Positions 19,752 through 28,473 of a stretch of 64,000 nucleotides of DNA are shown here, piece after piece (the first letter of the stretch is position 1; each line of letters begins with the position of its first letter). A program made the position numbers and the translations under genes. The DNA comes from an uncultured Bacteroidales bacterium. Its GTDB lineage: Bacteria > Bacteroidota > Bacteroidia > Bacteroidales > VadinHA17. The notes beneath the pieces were generated by a model. That model was given only the letters and a program-made list of their open reading frames with translations, searched no databases and was not told the DNA's origin. The stretch covers positions 218,939 through 282,938 of the forward strand of contig CAVYYH010000005.1 in NCBI GenBank assembly GCA_963772705.1. Direction: 5' to 3'.

Positions 19752-20372
19752 TTATACAGGTTTGAAGAGACCCTTGATGTCAGCACCTGCAAACCCCGCG
19801 TCGAACAAATATTTCGGCACGTTATTCAGCCTGCGAGCCTGCTGATCGGTCAACAGGGGATAGTGCTTCACCCTATAGGTGTAGTCACCTATGAATTCGA
19901 GATCTTCTTCCGTTGTCTCCCAGTTGCGGTCGTCAAAACGGGACAGGTCGATTACGCGCGAGTAGCTCCTCAGGGTCTTCTGTGAATTAAGGTTGTAATA
20001 AAGATCGAAGTATGACATTGCCAGTTCGCGCAGCGACCTGTACACCGGTTCACGGAAGCGCAGCACGGTAGTATTTGATTTGGCAATGGCGCCCCAGCAT
20101 CGTCCCTCGCGAAAGACAGCGATGATATGATCGTCGTCATTGTCGGCTTCAAGGTCGACTATCAGCGGAGGGTATCCCAGATTGCGCAGCGCAGCTGCTG
20201 CAAACATACCTCCGTCCATGCAATGAGCCATCCGCTCCCTTATCACCATGAGAGGAGACAGGGTTCGTTCTGTAGAATTATAAGGGATGGAATCAAGATA
20301 CTCCTGGATATTAAACGGAGTATCAAGATCTTTTAGCAACCGCTTAAATTCACTATTTCTGTCCTTCTTCAT
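19752..20372 (-). CDS. hypothetical protein, possible transglutaminase-like Cys-peptidase fold
   Basis: 206 aa. 'AHCMDGGMFAAA ... DDDHIIAV' Cys/His/Asp spacing only; no search was possible. Confidence 0.4.
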   Translation of the reverse strand: MKKDRNSEFKRLLKDLDTPFNIQEYLDSIPYNSTERTLSPLMVIRERMAHCMDGGMFAAAALRNLGYPPLIVDLEADNDDDHIIAVFREGRCWGAIAKSNTTVLRFREPVYRSLRELAMSYFDLYYNLNSQKTLRSYSRVIDLSRFDDRNWETTEEDLEFIGDYTYRVKHYPLLTDQQARRLNNVPKYLFDAGFAGADIKGLFKPV

Positions 20373-20373
20373 T

Positions 20374-20429
20374 CTGCTCCTTGCTCACTGCTCCTCTGCT
20401 CCTCTGCTCCTCGCTCCTTGCTCCCTGCC
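20374..20429. repeat. tandem CTGCTCC/TTGCTCC heptamers filling the whole spacer between lysS and the downstream gene
   Basis: About 8 units read directly. This is the reverse complement of the GGAGCAG/GGAGCAA units at 27290-27338. Confidence 0.85.
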
Positions 20430-21950
20430 TAAAATTTGCCTGCTTCCGGCTTCATCTGCGGGAAGAAAAGTACATCCTGTATCGAGGGCTGGTTTGTCAT
20501 GAACATGGTCAGCCTGTCAATGCCTATCCCCATTCCTGAGGTGGGAGGCATACCATATTCGAGAGCCCTCACGAAATCCATATCGATAAACATAGCCTCA
20601 TCGTCTCCCTTCTCTGAGAGACGCAGCTGCTCCTGGAAGCGGTCGAGCTGATCAATCGGATCATTAAGTTCTGAGTATGCATTTGCCACCTCCTTGCCGT
20701 TCACCAGCAGCTCAAACCTCTCGGTGAGCCCTTCCTTGCTGCGGTGCTTCTTGGTAAGCGGTGATGTCTCCTGAGGGTAGTCAATGATAAACGTAGGTTG
20801 TATGAAGTGATGTTCACACTTCTCTCCGAAGATCAGATCAATCAGTTTTCCCTTGCCCATTGATGGCGAGTTGCCTATTTCAAGCCTGTCACACTCGCTG
20901 CGCAGCTCCTCCTCACTCATTCCGTTGATGTCAATGCCTGCATATTCCCTTATCGCATCAGTCATCGATACTCGTCTGTATGGACGCGCGTAATCGATAA
21001 CATGTTCTCCCAAAGGCACTTTGGTTGTGCCGTGAAGATCGGTTGCAACCTTCTCAAGAATCTGCTCGGTGAACTCCATCATCCAGTTGTAGTCTTTGTA
21101 GGCTACATAGATCTCCATCACTGTGAATTCCGGGTTATGGGTGCGGTCCATCCCCTCGTTCCGAAAATCCTTTGCGAACTCATATACACCGTCATAGCCT
21201 CCGACGATCAGCCTTTTCAGGTAGAGCTCATCTGCTATGCGAAGGTAGAGAGGCATGTCAAGTGCGTTATGATGAGTGATGAAAGGACGTGCAGCGGCTC
21301 CTCCCGGGATCGCCTGAAGCACCGGTGTCTCAACCTCAAGATATCCCCTGGCATCAAAGAGCTCACGCATCGACTTCATTATCTGCGTGCGCTTACGGAA
21401 GACCTCCCGCACCTCAGGATTGACTATAAGATCTACGTAGCGCTGGCGGTAACGCATCTCAGGGATCTGTCACAGCGTCATAAATGACACCGTCTTTTTC
21501 CTTGACGATCGGAAGTGGTCTCAGCGACTTGCTGAGCAGCGTCAGTTCGGTCACATGAAGGGTTATCTCTCCCATCTGTGTCCTGAAAACAAACCCCTTT
21601 ACGCCGATGATATCACCTATGTCAAGGAGTCTCTTGAAAAGTGTGTTATACTGTGTTTTATCCTCTCCGGGGCAGAGGTCGTCACGGCGTACATATATCT
21701 GTATCCGACCGGAAGAGTCCATCAGCTCGGCAAAAGAGGCGTTGCCCATTATACGGCGGCTCATGATGCGCCCTGCCAGGCAGACAGCCTGGTAGTTCTT
21801 CTTCTCATCGCTGAAGCCGGCAAGTATCTCTGCTGCCGAAGCATCTACCGGATACATGGCTGCCGGATATGGGTCTATGCCCAGCTTCCTTATCTCGTCA
21901 AGAGACTGCCTGCGTATCTGTTCCTGTTCGCTCAGGTGGTTGTTTGTCAT
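20429..21950 (-). pseudogene. lysS: lysyl-tRNA synthetase (class II), reading frame broken once (+1) at 21459-21464
   Basis: The N-terminal OB/anticodon-binding ORF (21459-21950) ends '...AVTDP*'. The catalytic ORF (20429-21457) starts '[11 protein letters not shown]'. Skipping one base in GAT CCC TGA GAT G restores '[11 protein letters not shown]'. Confidence 0.9.
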
Positions 21951-21986
21951 CTGCTGTTAAAATTTTTGCAAAGGTAATATTTGAGA

Positions 21987-22094
21987 GGCAGCAGGCAATA
22001 GGTCAGGTGTCAGAAGACATAAGACGGAAGACCGGGGACTTGTAATCTGAAGGTGTACCCTTTGCCCCACGCTCTATGCCCCTTGCCCCCCTGC
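21987..22094. repeat. degenerate short-repeat block (GGCAGCAGGC, AGACGGA-type, CCCCTTGCCCC-type)
   Basis: Read directly. Shares the unit types GAAGACG and CCCTTGC with 27276-27540 and 63605-63673. Confidence 0.6.
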
Positions 22095-22095
22095 A

Positions 22096-22968
22096 TTAAG
22101 CCGGCCCCTGTGCTTGCCGAAGGGCCATTGCTTCAACCATTTCCCTGAAAAGCCTTTGCACCTTTTTGGTTAACGTTCCCGGTACCCCTTCCCCGATAAC
22201 AATATCACCGATCTTTATTACAGGTACCACCTCGCCGGAAGTGTTTGTAAGAAAGGACTCGTGCATGTATGAGATCATATCGGCAGGGACAGCCTCCTCA
22301 ACCAAAGCAATATTATTATCGGCAGCAAGCGAGATAACGTTCTTGCGGGTTATGCCCGAGAGGATAATGTTTGATTCAGGATGGGTATATAGTGTTTCAT
22401 TCCTGACGAAAAAAATGTTGGAATGTGCCCCTTCAGTCACAAAGCCGTCGCGTATGAAACACACCTCTGCAAATCCGTTGTCATGTGCAGTCTGGTATGC
22501 CAGGATGTTTGCAAGGAGGGCGGTCGACTTGATGTCACAGCGGTTCCAGCGCGGGTCAGTGACCGGTTCTATGCTAATACCTCTTTCCCAGGTGAGGGTG
22601 TCGAGGCTCTGGCGGCGGGCAAAAGCGTAAACTGTTGGAGGGACTGGCGGGTCGGGAAATGCGTGAGTGCGCGGTGACGCTCCCCGGGTCACCTGGAGAT
22701 ATACAAGCGAACAGCCGTCATTGAATGAGTTTTTTGTTATCAGTTCACCGGCAACATCCGGAAAAGCATCGACCTCATTCCATGTGATCCGTGTTTCGGC
22801 AAGGCTTCGGCGCAACCGGGTCATGTGCCCCTCCATATCGAAGAAGAATCCACCATAGCACCTCACAACTTCGTAAACGCTGTCGCCAAAGAGAAAGCCT
22901 CGGTCATCAGGGCTTATCCAGGCGTTGTCACGGGACACGAACTGCCCGTTCAGATAAACAGTTTCCAT
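22096..22968 (-). CDS. fold-type IV PLP aminotransferase (D-amino-acid / branched-chain family)
   Basis: 290 aa; 'FLFGDSVYEV', 'EGAHSNIFFV', 'ILSGITR'. Confidence 0.8.
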   Translation of the reverse strand: METVYLNGQFVSRDNAWISPDDRGFLFGDSVYEVVRCYGGFFFDMEGHMTRLRRSLAETRITWNEVDAFPDVAGELITKNSFNDGCSLVYLQVTRGASPRTHAFPDPPVPPTVYAFARRQSLDTLTWERGISIEPVTDPRWNRCDIKSTALLANILAYQTAHDNGFAEVCFIRDGFVTEGAHSNIFFVRNETLYTHPESNIILSGITRKNVISLAADNNIALVEEAVPADMISYMHESFLTNTSGEVVPVIKIGDIVIGEGVPGTLTKKVQRLFREMVEAMALRQAQGPA

Positions 22969-22978
22969 ATCAGGTATT

Positions 22979-23776
22979 TCAGAATTTTATTTTCCCCAGT
23001 TCTTCTATCTGGCTGTCAGTTAGCCCCTCAGGCTCTTTCCCAGCTGAGCGGCATAAAAAATATATTGAGGCTGACCTTGTCAGTATATCGATAAGGTCAA
23101 ATGTCTCATGAGGGTTGGGCCCGATGGCAAAAACGCCATGCTTCTCCCACAGAGCGACATCGTGTTTCTCCAGTGCCCTTACTGTCGCCTCTCCGAGAGC
23201 AGTTGTTCCCGGAATGAGATAGGGTACAAATCCTATTCCTTCCGGCACCAGCAGCTTTGTCTCGGGATGCATCCCCCATAAGAGAGAGTTCAGTCTCTCT
23301 TCATTGCACAGCTCTTTTATCTGTGTAAGGGCTATGAGTTCCCTGGCATGAGTGTGCATCACAACCCGGTGTGCTGTTCCCCGCCTGATGATCAGTGAGT
23401 GGATGGCGAGATGGGATGCCAGTTCGCTGGTGGGTCTCAGATCAGTTGGCTCTATGTGAGAGATGATATTATATGCTGCTCCGTCGTCAGTCACCTTGAT
23501 GATTAGGGCATTTTCCATCGGTTTGCGGGCCAGGTCACGCATCCTGTGGTTTGTTGCGGTAATGAAGAAGCTCATCCCGGCGACATCAGAAGCTCTCTCC
23601 GGCAGCGGATAATCAGTCCTCTGATAATGTGCCGGAAGATCTGACTTAGGCACATCCTTAAGGCAAACCGAAATGTTTCCTGCGTTTCTCTCCGCCCAGC
23701 CACGCTGCCATAGAAACCCGGCCACCTCGGCAACTTCACTGATGATTCCTGTCAGGGTCAGAGCAGGTTCTGCCAT
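22979..23776 (-). CDS. class II aldolase/adducin family protein, rhamnulose-1-phosphate aldolase-like
   Basis: 'WQRGWAERNAGNIS', 'PTSELASHL', 'VVMHTHA', 'WEKHGVF' are collinear with RhaD. Confidence 0.78.
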   Translation of the reverse strand: MAEPALTLTGIISEVAEVAGFLWQRGWAERNAGNISVCLKDVPKSDLPAHYQRTDYPLPERASDVAGMSFFITATNHRMRDLARKPMENALIIKVTDDGAAYNIISHIEPTDLRPTSELASHLAIHSLIIRRGTAHRVVMHTHARELIALTQIKELCNEERLNSLLWGMHPETKLLVPEGIGFVPYLIPGTTALGEATVRALEKHDVALWEKHGVFAIGPNPHETFDLIDILTRSASIYFLCRSAGKEPEGLTDSQIEELGKIKF

Positions 23777-23907
23777 TGCTATTCACTCACTGGTTTATTA
23801 TTCAAAGATACACTTTCATTTTTCCCGGGAGATGAAAGTCAGGCCTCTCTCTTTATCTTTTATTGCTACCTTTGCGTATTGTATTGATACAGGGGAGCAA
23901 TAAGTAT

Positions 23908-24816
23908 ATGCCGGGTAACAGGAGATTGCCATTATGGCTTAAGATGCAGAGGGCCAGCGGGGAGAATTACACCATGGTAAAGCGACTGGTGGAGGAGAAC
24001 CGCCTCCATACGATCTGCACCAGCGGTAACTGCCCTAACATAGGTGAGTGCTGGAATGCCGGCACTGCAACACTGATGATACTGGGAGACATATGCACCC
24101 GCTCATGTAAATTCTGCGGTACGGCAAGCGGTCACCCCCTGCCACCTGACCCCGATGAGCCTGAAAGGGTGGCGTCAGCGGTAAAAACAATGGGGCTGAA
24201 ACACTGTGTCATCACCTCGGTTGACCGTGATGACCTGCCTGACGGCGGGGCACATCACTGGGCTGAAACGATACACCGCATAAAGAAGGCTAACAATAAG
24301 GTTACAATTGAGACCCTGATACCTGATTTCAGGGGAGATTTTTCGGCCGTTGACCTTGTCATTGACGCCGGACCGGATGTCATCTCCCATAACATAGAAA
24401 CGGTGAAAAGACTCACTCCCCTGATAAGGTCCGTGGCTAAATATGATGTCAGCCTCAGTGTTCTGCGGCATATCTCTTCAAGAGGGATGGTCGCCAAGTC
24501 AGGGCTGATGCTTGGACTGGGGGAGACAAGGGAAGAGGTTATGGAGTCATTGCATGACCTTCATGCAGCCGGATGCAGCATTGTAACACTGGGGCAATAC
24601 CTTGCACCTTCACTTAATCATATGCCTGTGGTTGAGTATGTCACTCCGGAGGTGTTTGAAGAGTACAGGCTCAGGGCGCTGGAGACAGGTTTCAGGTTTG
24701 TCGAAAGCAGCCCCCTTGTCAGAAGCTCGTTTCATGCGGAGAAACATGTTGGCAGGGAGCATGGAGCATGGAGCATGGACAGGGGGTACATAACATGGAG
24801 AAGGCTTCAAATCTGA
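23908..24816 (+). CDS. lipA: lipoyl synthase
   Basis: 'CTSGNCPNIGEC' plus radical-SAM 'CTRSCKFC'. The C-terminus after 'SSFHAEKHV' is extended by about 20 codons that read through the (GGAGCAT)3 repeat. Confidence 0.92.
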   Translation: MPGNRRLPLWLKMQRASGENYTMVKRLVEENRLHTICTSGNCPNIGECWNAGTATLMILGDICTRSCKFCGTASGHPLPPDPDEPERVASAVKTMGLKHCVITSVDRDDLPDGGAHHWAETIHRIKKANNKVTIETLIPDFRGDFSAVDLVIDAGPDVISHNIETVKRLTPLIRSVAKYDVSLSVLRHISSRGMVAKSGLMLGLGETREEVMESLHDLHAAGCSIVTLGQYLAPSLNHMPVVEYVTPEVFEEYRLRALETGFRFVESSPLVRSSFHAEKHVGREHGAWSMDRGYITWRRLQI

Positions 24817-24864
24817 TGCCCCATGATCCAAGCCCCATGCCCCAAGCCCCAAGCCCCAAGCCCC
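24756..24864. repeat. (GGAGCAT)3 and (CCCCAWG)5 heptamer arrays spanning the lipA/lipB junction
   Basis: Read directly. Five C4 tracts with 3-nt loops lie at 24833-24864. Confidence 0.9.
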
Positions 24865-25553
24865 GCTCCACAGTTATATATGATGATTTAGGGTTCAAGG
24901 ACTATAAGGAGACCTGGGATTACCAGGAGCTATTTTTCAATGCAAAGGTGTCTGAGAAGCTCAGCAGGGACGGTGACGGAACAAGGACTCCTGACAGGCT
25001 GATCTTTGTTGAACATAACCATGTCTATACACTCGGTAAAAGCGGGTCAGAGCAGAACCTGCTCCTTGACTATATACAGCTCCAGGCACGTGATGCAGCG
25101 TTCTACCGTATTGACAGGGGAGGGGATATCACCTATCACGGCCCCGGACAGCTTGTAGGATATCCGATCTTTGATCTGGAAGGTATGGGGGTAGGACTCC
25201 GGGAATATATTAACCTCCTTGAAGAGTCGATTATCAGGTGTGTAAGTCACTTCGGCATCGCCGGAGGACGGCTTGGCGGAGCAACCGGTGTCTGGCTTGA
25301 CCCGGGAGTGCAGGGACGTGCAAGAAAAATATGTGCAATAGGCGTGAGAGCATCAAGGTACGTGACAATGCACGGTTTTGCTCTTAATGTCAGCACAGAC
25401 CTCTCTTATTTTGACCATATAAACCCCTGCGGCTATACTGACAAGGGTGTGACGAGTATCGTCAGGGAGACAGGAATGAAGGTCAGCATGAGTGATGTGA
25501 AGGATGTGATGCGTAAAAAGATGAGGGAGGTCTTCGGATATGAATATTATTAA
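24816..25553 (+). CDS. lipB: octanoyltransferase (lipoate-protein ligase B); start at 24816 or 24837
   Basis: 'RGGDITYHGPGQLVGYP', 'KICAIGV', 'NPCG'. The only in-frame ATG/GTG/TTG codons upstream of the conserved core lie inside the heptamer repeat. Confidence 0.88.
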   Translation: MPHDPSPMPQAPSPKPRSTVIYDDLGFKDYKETWDYQELFFNAKVSEKLSRDGDGTRTPDRLIFVEHNHVYTLGKSGSEQNLLLDYIQLQARDAAFYRIDRGGDITYHGPGQLVGYPIFDLEGMGVGLREYINLLEESIIRCVSHFGIAGGRLGGATGVWLDPGVQGRARKICAIGVRASRYVTMHGFALNVSTDLSYFDHINPCGYTDKGVTSIVRETGMKVSMSDVKDVMRKKMREVFGYEYY

Positions 25554-25564
25554 AATACAATATA

Positions 25565-27274
25565 ATGGAAAAAAGGTGGCTCTTAAGAGAGAGGGGCGAC
25601 GAGTCTGTCGTCACGACCCTGGCGACAGAGATGGGTGTGCCTGTCCCTGTTGCCAATCTCATGGTGCAGCGTGGCATCACTACAAAAAACCAGGCTGAAG
25701 ATTTTTTTAATCCCTCGCTGAAATCCCTGCATGATCCTTTTCTTATGAAGGACATGAACAGGGCAGTTGACCGTATCTCTACGGCTATTTCACGCAATGA
25801 GAAGATACTGGTATACGGCGATTATGATGTCGACGGCACTACTGCCGTGGCAATGCTCTATTCCTTCCTCAGGGAGAGACATACAAGCCTGGACTACTAT
25901 ATACCTGACAGGTATCACGAAGGCTATGGGCTCTCACTGAAAGGGATTGACTATGCTGCTTCTGGCAACTGCAGGCTGATCATTGCTCTCGACTGCGGTA
26001 TCAAGGCGGTTGACAAGGTTAAGTATGCCAGGTCAAAAGACATAGATGTCATCATATGTGATCATCATCTTCCCGGTGACGAGATACCCGCTGCAACAGC
26101 CGTGCTTGACCCGAAGCAGCCCGGATGCAACTATCCCTATAAGGAACTGTCAGGCTGCGGTGTAGGATTTAAGCTCATACAGGCCTATTGCCAGTTGCAC
26201 AGTATCCCGTTTGAAAAGATATTCCCGTACCTTGACCTTGTGGCGGTAAGTATCGGGTCTGACATCGTCCCCATGAACGGAGAAAACAGGGTGCTGTCAT
26301 ACTTCGGTCTGAAGCAGCTGAATGAGTCGCCGCGTCTGGGGATAAAGAAAATAATCGATAAGGCGAAGATCCGCATGCCCCTCTCCATTGAAGATATCGT
26401 TTTCCGTATAGGACCGCGTATCAACGCTGCAGGAAGGATGGAGTCAGGCAGCAAGGCTGTGGAGCTTCTGGTATCGCAGGATGCGCAGGCCGCCCTGACA
26501 ATCTGTGACGCCATTGACCGCAGCAACGATGACAGACGCAAGAAGGACACTGAGATAACGTCGGAGGCACGCCGTATGGTCAGCGAAGATGAACGGATGG
26601 GAAACAACCGTACCACCGTCCTCTTTCATCAGGGGTGGCATAAGGGTGTCATCGGCATTGTTGCCTCAAGACTCATTGAGACATACTATCGTCCGACTAT
26701 CATTCTTACCGAGTCAAAGGATGGCTTTGCCACCGGCTCGGCAAGAAGCGTCCCAGGGTATGATCTGTACCAGGCTATCGAATCGTGTTCTGACCTGCTT
26801 GAAAGCTTCGGAGGACATATGTTCGCCGCAGGGCTTACACTCAAGCAGGCGAACCTCCCGATGTTCCGGGAAAGGTTTGAGAAATTTGTAAGTGACACTA
26901 TCAAGGAAGAACACCTTGTCCCATCGGTCAACGTTGATGAAGAGATACCACTTGAGGATGTGACCTGGGACCTCCTGAAATACCTGGAACGGTTTCAGCC
27001 CTTCGGCCCTGACAATATGGCTCCGGTCTTTGTCTCAAGGAGGGTGAAGACACTCACCTGCCAGCCGGTGGGTAACAATGGCACCCATCTCAAACTGAGC
27101 TTTGCCCGCAATAACATGGAACCTGTCGGAGCAATTGCTTTCGGTCAGGCCGACACCATGGAAATCTTCAGAGAGGAAGGGGGGGTGGTAGACATAGCCT
27201 ATTCAATTGAGATGAATGATTTTAAGGGGCGGAGCACCGTGCAGCTCAATATCAAGGATATCAAGGGAGCATAA
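25565..27274 (+). CDS. recJ: single-stranded-DNA-specific exonuclease RecJ
   Basis: DHH motifs 'GDYDVDGTT', 'ICDHHLP'; DHHA1 'GGHMFAAG'. Confidence 0.92.
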   Translation: MEKRWLLRERGDESVVTTLATEMGVPVPVANLMVQRGITTKNQAEDFFNPSLKSLHDPFLMKDMNRAVDRISTAISRNEKILVYGDYDVDGTTAVAMLYSFLRERHTSLDYYIPDRYHEGYGLSLKGIDYAASGNCRLIIALDCGIKAVDKVKYARSKDIDVIICDHHLPGDEIPAATAVLDPKQPGCNYPYKELSGCGVGFKLIQAYCQLHSIPFEKIFPYLDLVAVSIGSDIVPMNGENRVLSYFGLKQLNESPRLGIKKIIDKAKIRMPLSIEDIVFRIGPRINAAGRMESGSKAVELLVSQDAQAALTICDAIDRSNDDRRKKDTEITSEARRMVSEDERMGNNRTTVLFHQGWHKGVIGIVASRLIETYYRPTIILTESKDGFATGSARSVPGYDLYQAIESCSDLLESFGGHMFAAGLTLKQANLPMFRERFEKFVSDTIKEEHLVPSVNVDEEIPLEDVTWDLLKYLERFQPFGPDNMAPVFVSRRVKTLTCQPVGNNGTHLKLSFARNNMEPVGAIAFGQADTMEIFREEGGVVDIAYSIEMNDFKGRSTVQLNIKDIKGA

Positions 27275-27275
27275 A

Positions 27276-27540
27276 GCAGGGGCAAGGGCAGGGAGCAGGG
27301 AGCAAGGAGCAGGGAGCAAGGAGCAGGGAGCAAGGAGGATTTGCGATTTGCGATTTGCGAATTGACCGCCGAAGCCGGTCCCTGAGCCGGTCCCTAAGCC
27401 GGACCCTGAGCCGGTCCCTGAGCCTGTCGAAGGGTGTCGAAGGGGTCGAAGGATCGCAGGGGGTGGCTGCGCTGCATAAGGCTCTGTGACTGAAGACGGA
27501 AGACGGAGGAAGAATACCGAATACCGATTACCGAATACCC
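27276..27540. repeat. mosaic of six different short tandem-repeat arrays
   Basis: Six arrays read directly: GGAGCAG/GGAGCAA (27276-27338), GATTTGC x3 (27339-27364), GCCGGTCCCTGA x4 (27374-27424), GTCGAAGG x3 (27426-27452), GAAGACG x3 (27492-27512), AATACCG x4 (27513-27540). Confidence 0.95.
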
Positions 27541-27657
27541 TCTTAATGGGTGGTGGAAAAAAACACATCTTCACTCTTTACCTCTTGATTTTTCCCCGCC
27601 CAACACTTGACTTTCATTCATCCCTGTCATAACTTTACTTTGTAATTATGTCCGGTA

Positions 27658-28473
27658 ATGCTGCGTTGTATTGCGGTGGTATTGCTGTTTGTGGAAGCTG
27701 CCGCCGGTATAAATGCCGGCGAACCTGTTTATGTGCCCCACGGAGCCGGTGAGCTGGGTATGGCATTTGCATCCTCCGCTTTTCCGGGTCACTGGAGCTG
27801 TTTTCATAACCAGGCACTGCTGGCAAAGCAAGTGACAACAAGCGCTGCAGTAGCCCTCGAAACACGCTATATGCTTTCCTCATTGTCATCGAAGGCACTC
27901 AGCATTACCGTTGCCGGCAACATGGCCCCGCTCGGCATCATCCTGACCCACTATGGCAACGGAGACTATTACCGCATCTTTTCCGGGGCGGGAAGCGCAG
28001 TGAAAATAACAGACGGCCTGGCCCTGGGGATTCAGGTGGATTATATAACGGAAAGGAGTGTCGGAGACTACAGGGACCAGTCACATATAACATTTGAAGC
28101 AGGAGCCATAATGGACATCGCATCTGATGTGACAGTCGGACTGCACATCCTCAATCCTCTCAATTCTCTGAATTCAATCCCTTCGGCAGTCAATGCAGGT
28201 ATTGCCTGGCGACAGTCTGACGATCTGTGTATTGCTGCTGAACTAAACAAAGTGACAGCTGAGCCACTCTCATTTCACGCAGGGATAGACTGGAATATCA
28301 TGGATAAACTGGTACTCCGGTCAGGGTACATGAGCTCACCCTCTTCCTTTGCTGTCGGATCAGGATTCAGATCAGGCAAGATGCAGGTTGACGCAGGATT
28401 TCTGATTAACAGTGTTACTGGAATAACCTCTTCTGTATCATTTATATGGACCATCGGCGGGAAAGAGGGCTGA
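27658..28473 (+). CDS. small outer-membrane beta-barrel protein, PorQ/PorV-like (tentative)
   Basis: Signal-like N-terminus, alternating beta-strand pattern, 'GAGELGMAFA' opening typical of that family. No search was possible. Confidence 0.45.
   Translation: MLRCIAVVLLFVEAAAGINAGEPVYVPHGAGELGMAFASSAFPGHWSCFHNQALLAKQVTTSAAVALETRYMLSSLSSKALSITVAGNMAPLGIILTHYGNGDYYRIFSGAGSAVKITDGLALGIQVDYITERSVGDYRDQSHITFEAGAIMDIASDVTVGLHILNPLNSLNSIPSAVNAGIAWRQSDDLCIAAELNKVTAEPLSFHAGIDWNIMDKLVLRSGYMSSPSSFAVGSGFRSGKMQVDAGFLINSVTGITSSVSFIWTIGGKEG

Noticed and set aside
21459-21461. UGA read as a sense codon (alternative genetic code) to explain the interrupted lysS, fbp and lptC
   Set aside because: In all three cases the homologous continuation is in a different reading frame, so reassigning the stop codon would not restore the protein. 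TGA is also used as an ordinary terminator by many intact genes here.
27276-27540. Possible CRISPR array (also considered for 63470-63673)
   Set aside because: The repeat units are 7-14 nt and directly tandem, with no ~30-nt unique spacers. There are no cas genes in the window.
27203-27574. 123-aa minus-strand ORF with a Gly/Ser/Thr-rich product ('GSGTGSGSGLGTGSGTG')
   Set aside because: It is the conceptual translation of the 12-mer, heptamer and 9-mer tandem repeats. It overlaps the recJ 3' end and has no start context or domain. Treated as non-coding repeat DNA.
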